Position numbers and translations under genes: made by a program
The notes under the pieces: model-generated
The model's input: only the letters and a program-made list of their open reading frames with translations
Told to the model about the DNA's origin: nothing
Database searches by the model: none
Shown here: one piece after another, positions 34,669-38,660 of the stretch
Numbering within the stretch: position 1 is the stretch's first letter
Layout of the letters: every line of letters begins with the position of its first letter
Assembly: GCA_036337435.1 (NCBI GenBank)
Contig: JAYZEG010000031.1
Location: 1-38,660, forward strand
Length of the DNA stretch: 38,660 bases
Direction of reading: 5' to 3'
Origin: Myxococcota bacterium
Lineage (GTDB): Bacteria > Myxococcota_A > Bradymonadia > UBA7976 > UBA1532

Positions 34669-37600
34669 TTATTCAAGATCGACGAGATTCTTGACGGCAT
34701 TTGCGTCCTCCGGTGCGAGAAACGTGCCCTCAAAATCGAATGTGATGGTCTTGGGACCCTCATTTAGGTCCAAGTGCAACGTGGCGAGCTGGCCTGTTGG
34801 CATCGCGAAGCCTTGAAGGCTAAAGAAGAAAACCACAGCCCCCTGATTATCTGCATCGTATTGAACGCTCGGCGGATGGTTGGCGGCCGACGGCCCGGGA
34901 ACAAACGCATCGTTGGCGAGACTGAAACCAGCGCCAAGGTCAAATTCGATTGCAGCCTGGGTTGGAAGGAGACCTGCTCTAGCGGCTTCGAGGCCACGCT
35001 GTGTGAAGGTGAGGTGAACTGTCTGTCGGCCGTCGGTTATCTCACCCAGGACAAAACTCAAAATATTTCTGACCTCGGGGCAATCCTCATCGATGTCACC
35101 ATCGCAATCATCATCGACGCCATCGCACGTGATGTCAGTTAACGCCAGGGGGGCAGCTGGGATGCATTGGGTTGCGAGTCCGTCGACGCAGTCCGACTGG
35201 GCGACGCATGCGCCGACACCGCACGATTCTGGCGTGAAGGCCTCATCGGTTCGACCATCGCAATCACTGTCCAGACCATCGCAAAGCGAGTCATCTGGTT
35301 CTGCAGGCCCTGGCTCGCATGCGTCTTCGGAGCCATCATTGCAAGAACTGGTCGAGGCGCATTGGCCAATTCCACATGAGGTTTCAGCATAGTCTTCGTC
35401 AACAAGCCCGTCGCAATCTGAATCGAGGCCGTCACATCGGGCATCGGCGTCGGCACCCACCCCGGGTTGACACGGTTGAATTTGTCCTTCAATGCATGAA
35501 CTGGTTGACGCACACGCGCCAAGACCACAATTTTCCGGACGGTAATCTTCGTCGACTCTGCCGTCGCAATCATCGTCTATGTTGTCGCAGGTTTCGTCTA
35601 ACTGGGCCGGTGGTGCGTCTTCCGCGCAGCGGGTCTCGCCACCCTCGCATCGTGTGCGGCCGCTACAGTTATTCTGGCCGCACGCCTCCGATTGATAGTC
35701 CTCATCCACGGCACCATCACAGTCCTCGTCAATTCCGTTGCAGGTTTCATCGAGTTGAGTCGAAGGGGCGACAGCTGGACATTCTGCCAGTGCACCGTTG
35801 ATGCATGCCTGCGGTCGTGCGCATGCACCCATGCCGCAGTCGATCGCAATGTAGTCCTCGTCTGCCTGTCCGCTGCAATCGTCATCGACTCCATCGCAGT
35901 TGGCATCTGTGTCCGAACCGGGCGGGAGAGGGGTACAGGCTTCGACTCCAGCTATGCAGGTGCTGTCTGACCGACACGGGCCGATACCGCATTGTCCGCT
36001 TTGATAACCTTCATCGGCTGTCCCGTCGCAGTCATTATCAATTCCGTCACAACTGCTGTCATCACCGGCAGGTTGAATATCTGGACAATCGATTTCATTG
36101 CCATCCAGGCACAGGCTTTGTGCTTCGCAGCCGCCCACTCCGCATATGGTGGCGACGTAATCTTCATCAATCTGGCCATTGCAGTCGTTGTCAATGCCGT
36201 CGCACACCGTATCATCAAATTCCGCTAAATCTACGTTGGGCGTGCAGGTCTCGACACCCTCATTGCAGCGGCTTTGTTCTGCGCACGGCCCAAAACCACA
36301 TACGCTGGGTGTGAAGGCTTCATCGATTTGATCATCACAATCATTGTCGAGACCATCACATTGGTTGTCATCGCCGTTCGGGGCACCAGGATTGCACGCC
36401 TGCTCTCGGCCCTCGATGCATCGGCTTGTTGCGCGGCAGGTGCCGACCCCGCATTCGGTCTGCTGATAATTCTCATCGACCCGTTGGTCGCAATCATCGT
36501 CAAGGCCATCGCACGTGGTGTCTGAGTCGGCGGTTGCAACACATGCGGCAATGCGCGTTGTCGCATTTCGCAGCCGGAGGATTCCATCGCTCGAAGCCGG
36601 TGCCATCCTGGTTCTAGGCTCAGAAAACTCGAAGAGGTATTCACCGGCCGTCGCGCCGGCGAATGTCAGTTGCACAACTTGTCCAGGGGGCAGGGGACGG
36701 TCGTCGATTCCATCCACCAAGATACGCAGATGATCGTTTCCCACATCGCGGGTCGTAATGGTTTTACCAAAGTCTTGTAATCGGGGGGAAGCGGTGGCGA
36801 CCGCGTCTGTAGCAACCACGTTGGTGTTGGAAGTCAGCTGGATTTCCATGTCGATGACCTGTGGCATTTGATTGGGCAAGGGCTCTGCAACGGATTGTGT
36901 GTAGATGATATCAACGACTAGGCGGTTTCGGTCGGAGGAGACGACCTCATAGGCCAGGAGATTGACTTGTGCCTGACACCCTTCATCGACAGCACCATCG
37001 CAATCTTCATCGATGGCATCGCAGAGGATGTCGTCGTCCGAAGTTGGCAAGGACGGGGTGCACGCGACTTCTTGACCATTTACACACGAACTTGTCGATG
37101 CACACGCACCAACACCACACTGGGCTGGCTGGTAGTTTTCATCTGGCCGTCCATCGCAATCGTTATCTCTGCCATCGCAAACATCGTCCAGCGCACCATC
37201 AGGTTGCAAGGGCACGCATTCAGTAGTGATCCCGTTTTCGCAACGAGATGTGTTTTGGCAAAGACCTGTTCCACATTGCTCGGCTTGGAAATCTTCGTCG
37301 ACCAGACCGTCGCAATCGCTATCTAAGCCGTCACAGGCCCTGTCGTCTGCGTCTGCAATGCCAGGCTGGCATGGTGCCTCGTTGCCGTCGACACATTCGG
37401 ATGTGGCACTGCATGTGCCGATGCCACAGCTTTCGGCTAAATACCCTTCATCTATGAGTCCATCGCAATCGCTATCTAGACCGTCGCATACGCTGTCCAC
37501 TCCGTCGGGAAGGCCAGGTGTGCATGCCTCTTCTACGCCATTCAGACAGCTGGATCGTGCACGACAGCGTCCCTGGCCGCACTCGACAGGTTGATAACCT

Positions 37601-38660
37601 TCATCGACTTGACCGTCGCAGTCACCATCAAGCCCGTCACAATCGTCATCTTGGTTCTGAGGTTGTCCGGGTACGCATGCGATCTGCTCACCATTTTGAC
37701 ACACACTTTGCCGAGCACAGATACCAATGCCGCACGTATCGGCAATGAACCCTTCATCGCTTTGTCCATCGCAATCGTCATCTTCGTTATCGCAGGTGAC
37801 GTCCAGAGCAGCGGGTGAGCCCTCGACGCATGCGGTCTCGACACCTTGTTCGCAGGTTGATAGCCGAGCACAAGCCCCGATGCCGCATGGAGTTGGAGTA
37901 TAGGCTTCGTCGGTCGAATTGTCGCAATCCTGGTCAATTCCGTCGCAGGTGTCATCGAGCGCAGCGGGTTGACCTGCCTCGCAGGGCACTTCCCGTCCAT
38001 CTAGGCAATCTGAGCTCGATTGACAGGCACCTATACCACAAACAATGGGTTCATAGTTTTCGTCCACGAGACCATCGCAGTCGTTGTCAACGCCGTTGCA
38101 GGAACGGTCATCTGCGGCTGGCTCCGAGGGAATACAGTCACTGATCGCGCCCTCGATGCAACGAGTCTCAGCGGCACACGCGCCTTGTCCGCATCCAACC
38201 GGTCTAAAATTCTCGTCTTCAGCTCCATCGCAATCGTTGTCGATTCCGTCGCAGGGGTCGTTTGCGCCGGCGTTTACTTGCGGGTCAGCTTCGTTACAGT
38301 CTGCTCCTCGACATCCGTCACCTAAACCATAGCCGTCTCCATCTGGGTCGTCACACGCAACACATGCACTCGAGACCGGGATGCAACGTGCCAAGTCTCC
38401 GACTTGATCACAGCGATACCCTTCGTCACATTGACCATCATTGCACGGCAGTACGCAATAGTTGCCAGACCCGACGGGTGTACATAAATACGGGTCGGGG
38501 CAGACTTGTTCATCAAAGCAGGGTTGACACCGCATGTCTTCTTGGCCACCGCCAGCACCCCCTTCGCCACCGGCGCCCGCTTGACCACCGATGCCCGCTT
38601 CGCCACCGGCACCTGCTTGACCACCGATGCCCGCTTCGCCACCGGCACCTGCTTGACCAC
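34669..38660 (-). CDS. Very Cys-rich repeat protein (19 CDGxDxDCDGxxDE/MopE-like repeats) with two cohesin-like beta-sandwich domains (5' truncated)
   Basis: The frame stays open upstream of ATG 38535 to the window end, reading GQAGAGGEAGIGGQAGAGG...QED. Layout is 9 repeats, a ~135-aa domain, 10 repeats, and a second related domain. Confidence 0.85.
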   Translation of the reverse strand, partial: GQAGAGGEAGIGGQAGAGGEAGIGGQAGAGGEGGAGGGQEDMRCQPCFDEQVCPDPYLCTPVGSGNYCVLPCNDGQCDEGYRCDQVGDLARCIPVSSACVACDDPDGDGYGLGDGCRGADCNEADPQVNAGANDPCDGIDNDCDGAEDENFRPVGCGQGACAAETRCIEGAISDCIPSEPAADDRSCNGVDNDCDGLVDENYEPIVCGIGACQSSSDCLDGREVPCEAGQPAALDDTCDGIDQDCDNSTDEAYTPTPCGIGACARLSTCEQGVETACVEGSPAALDVTCDNEDDDCDGQSDEGFIADTCGIGICARQSVCQNGEQIACVPGQPQNQDDDCDGLDGDCDGQVDEGYQPVECGQGRCRARSSCLNGVEEACTPGLPDGVDSVCDGLDSDCDGLIDEGYLAESCGIGTCSATSECVDGNEAPCQPGIADADDRACDGLDSDCDGLVDEDFQAEQCGTGLCQNTSRCENGITTECVPLQPDGALDDVCDGRDNDCDGRPDENYQPAQCGVGACASTSSCVNGQEVACTPSLPTSDDDILCDAIDEDCDGAVDEGCQAQVNLLAYEVVSSDRNRLVVDIIYTQSVAEPLPNQMPQVIDMEIQLTSNTNVVATDAVATASPRLQDFGKTITTRDVGNDHLRILVDGIDDRPLPPGQVVQLTFAGATAGEYLFEFSEPRTRMAPASSDGILRLRNATTRIAACVATADSDTTCDGLDDDCDQRVDENYQQTECGVGTCRATSRCIEGREQACNPGAPNGDDNQCDGLDNDCDDQIDEAFTPSVCGFGPCAEQSRCNEGVETCTPNVDLAEFDDTVCDGIDNDCNGQIDEDYVATICGVGGCEAQSLCLDGNEIDCPDIQPAGDDSSCDGIDNDCDGTADEGYQSGQCGIGPCRSDSTCIAGVEACTPLPPGSDTDANCDGVDDDCSGQADEDYIAIDCGMGACARPQACINGALAECPAVAPSTQLDETCNGIDEDCDGAVDEDYQSEACGQNNCSGRTRCEGGETRCAEDAPPAQLDETCDNIDDDCDGRVDEDYRPENCGLGACASTSSCIEGQIQPCQPGVGADADARCDGLDSDCDGLVDEDYAETSCGIGQCASTSSCNDGSEDACEPGPAEPDDSLCDGLDSDCDGRTDEAFTPESCGVGACVAQSDCVDGLATQCIPAAPLALTDITCDGVDDDCDGDIDEDCPEVRNILSFVLGEITDGRQTVHLTFTQRGLEAARAGLLPTQAAIEFDLGAGFSLANDAFVPGPSAANHPPSVQYDADNQGAVVFFFSLQGFAMPTGQLATLHLDLNEGPKTITFDFEGTFLAPEDANAVKNLVDLE
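38563..38660. repeat. 36-bp in-frame tandem repeat encoding a Gly-rich linker (GGQAGAGGEAGI)
   Basis: GCTTGACCACCGATGCCCGCTTCGCCACCGGCACCT is identical at 38579-38614 and 38615-38650, with a partial copy to the window end and a degenerate partial copy before 38579. Confidence 0.9.

Noticed and set aside
38579..38660. 36-bp repeats as a CRISPR array
   Set aside because: The copies are directly adjacent with no spacers, are in frame within a CDS, and no cas genes are present.
38322..38660. 112-aa ORF with VVKQVPVAKRAS repeats
   Set aside because: It is an alternate reading of the 36-bp repeat; the Gly-rich frame is continuous with the large Cys-rich CDS.

Overview
Gene-dense bacterial DNA, most consistent with a Myxococcota/Bradymonadia-type deltaproteobacterium. 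This is inferred from three MYXO-CTERM-like C-terminal sorting tags, a GKAD-motif lipoprotein, Cys-rich CDGxDNDCDGxxDE repeats and a TraB-like OmpA protein. I support 18 CDS, two of them truncated by the window ends. Most encode exported or surface proteins, including six predicted lipoproteins and four distinct Asp-rich Ca-binding repeat families. The window also holds a TetR/acyl-CoA dehydrogenase pair, a divergent pentaheme + octaheme cytochrome c pair, a cNMP-binding/pentapeptide protein and a PilZ-like/pseudo-J-domain protein. Best candidates for undescribed systems: (i) a four-gene run that looks like a surface lipid-scavenging unit (possible BPI/TULIP-like lipoprotein, outer-membrane beta-barrel, lipase lipoprotein, PhyH dioxygenase); (ii) a traAB-like pair whose MYXO-CTERM partner has no recognisable head domain; (iii) a Cys-rich rod protein with two cohesin-like modules; (iv) a 13-heme cytochrome pair sharing a palindrome-rich divergent promoter with the TetR/acyl-CoA dehydrogenase genes. 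I saw no rRNA, tRNA, CRISPR array or mobile element. All domain calls come from reading motifs by eye; no database searches were run.
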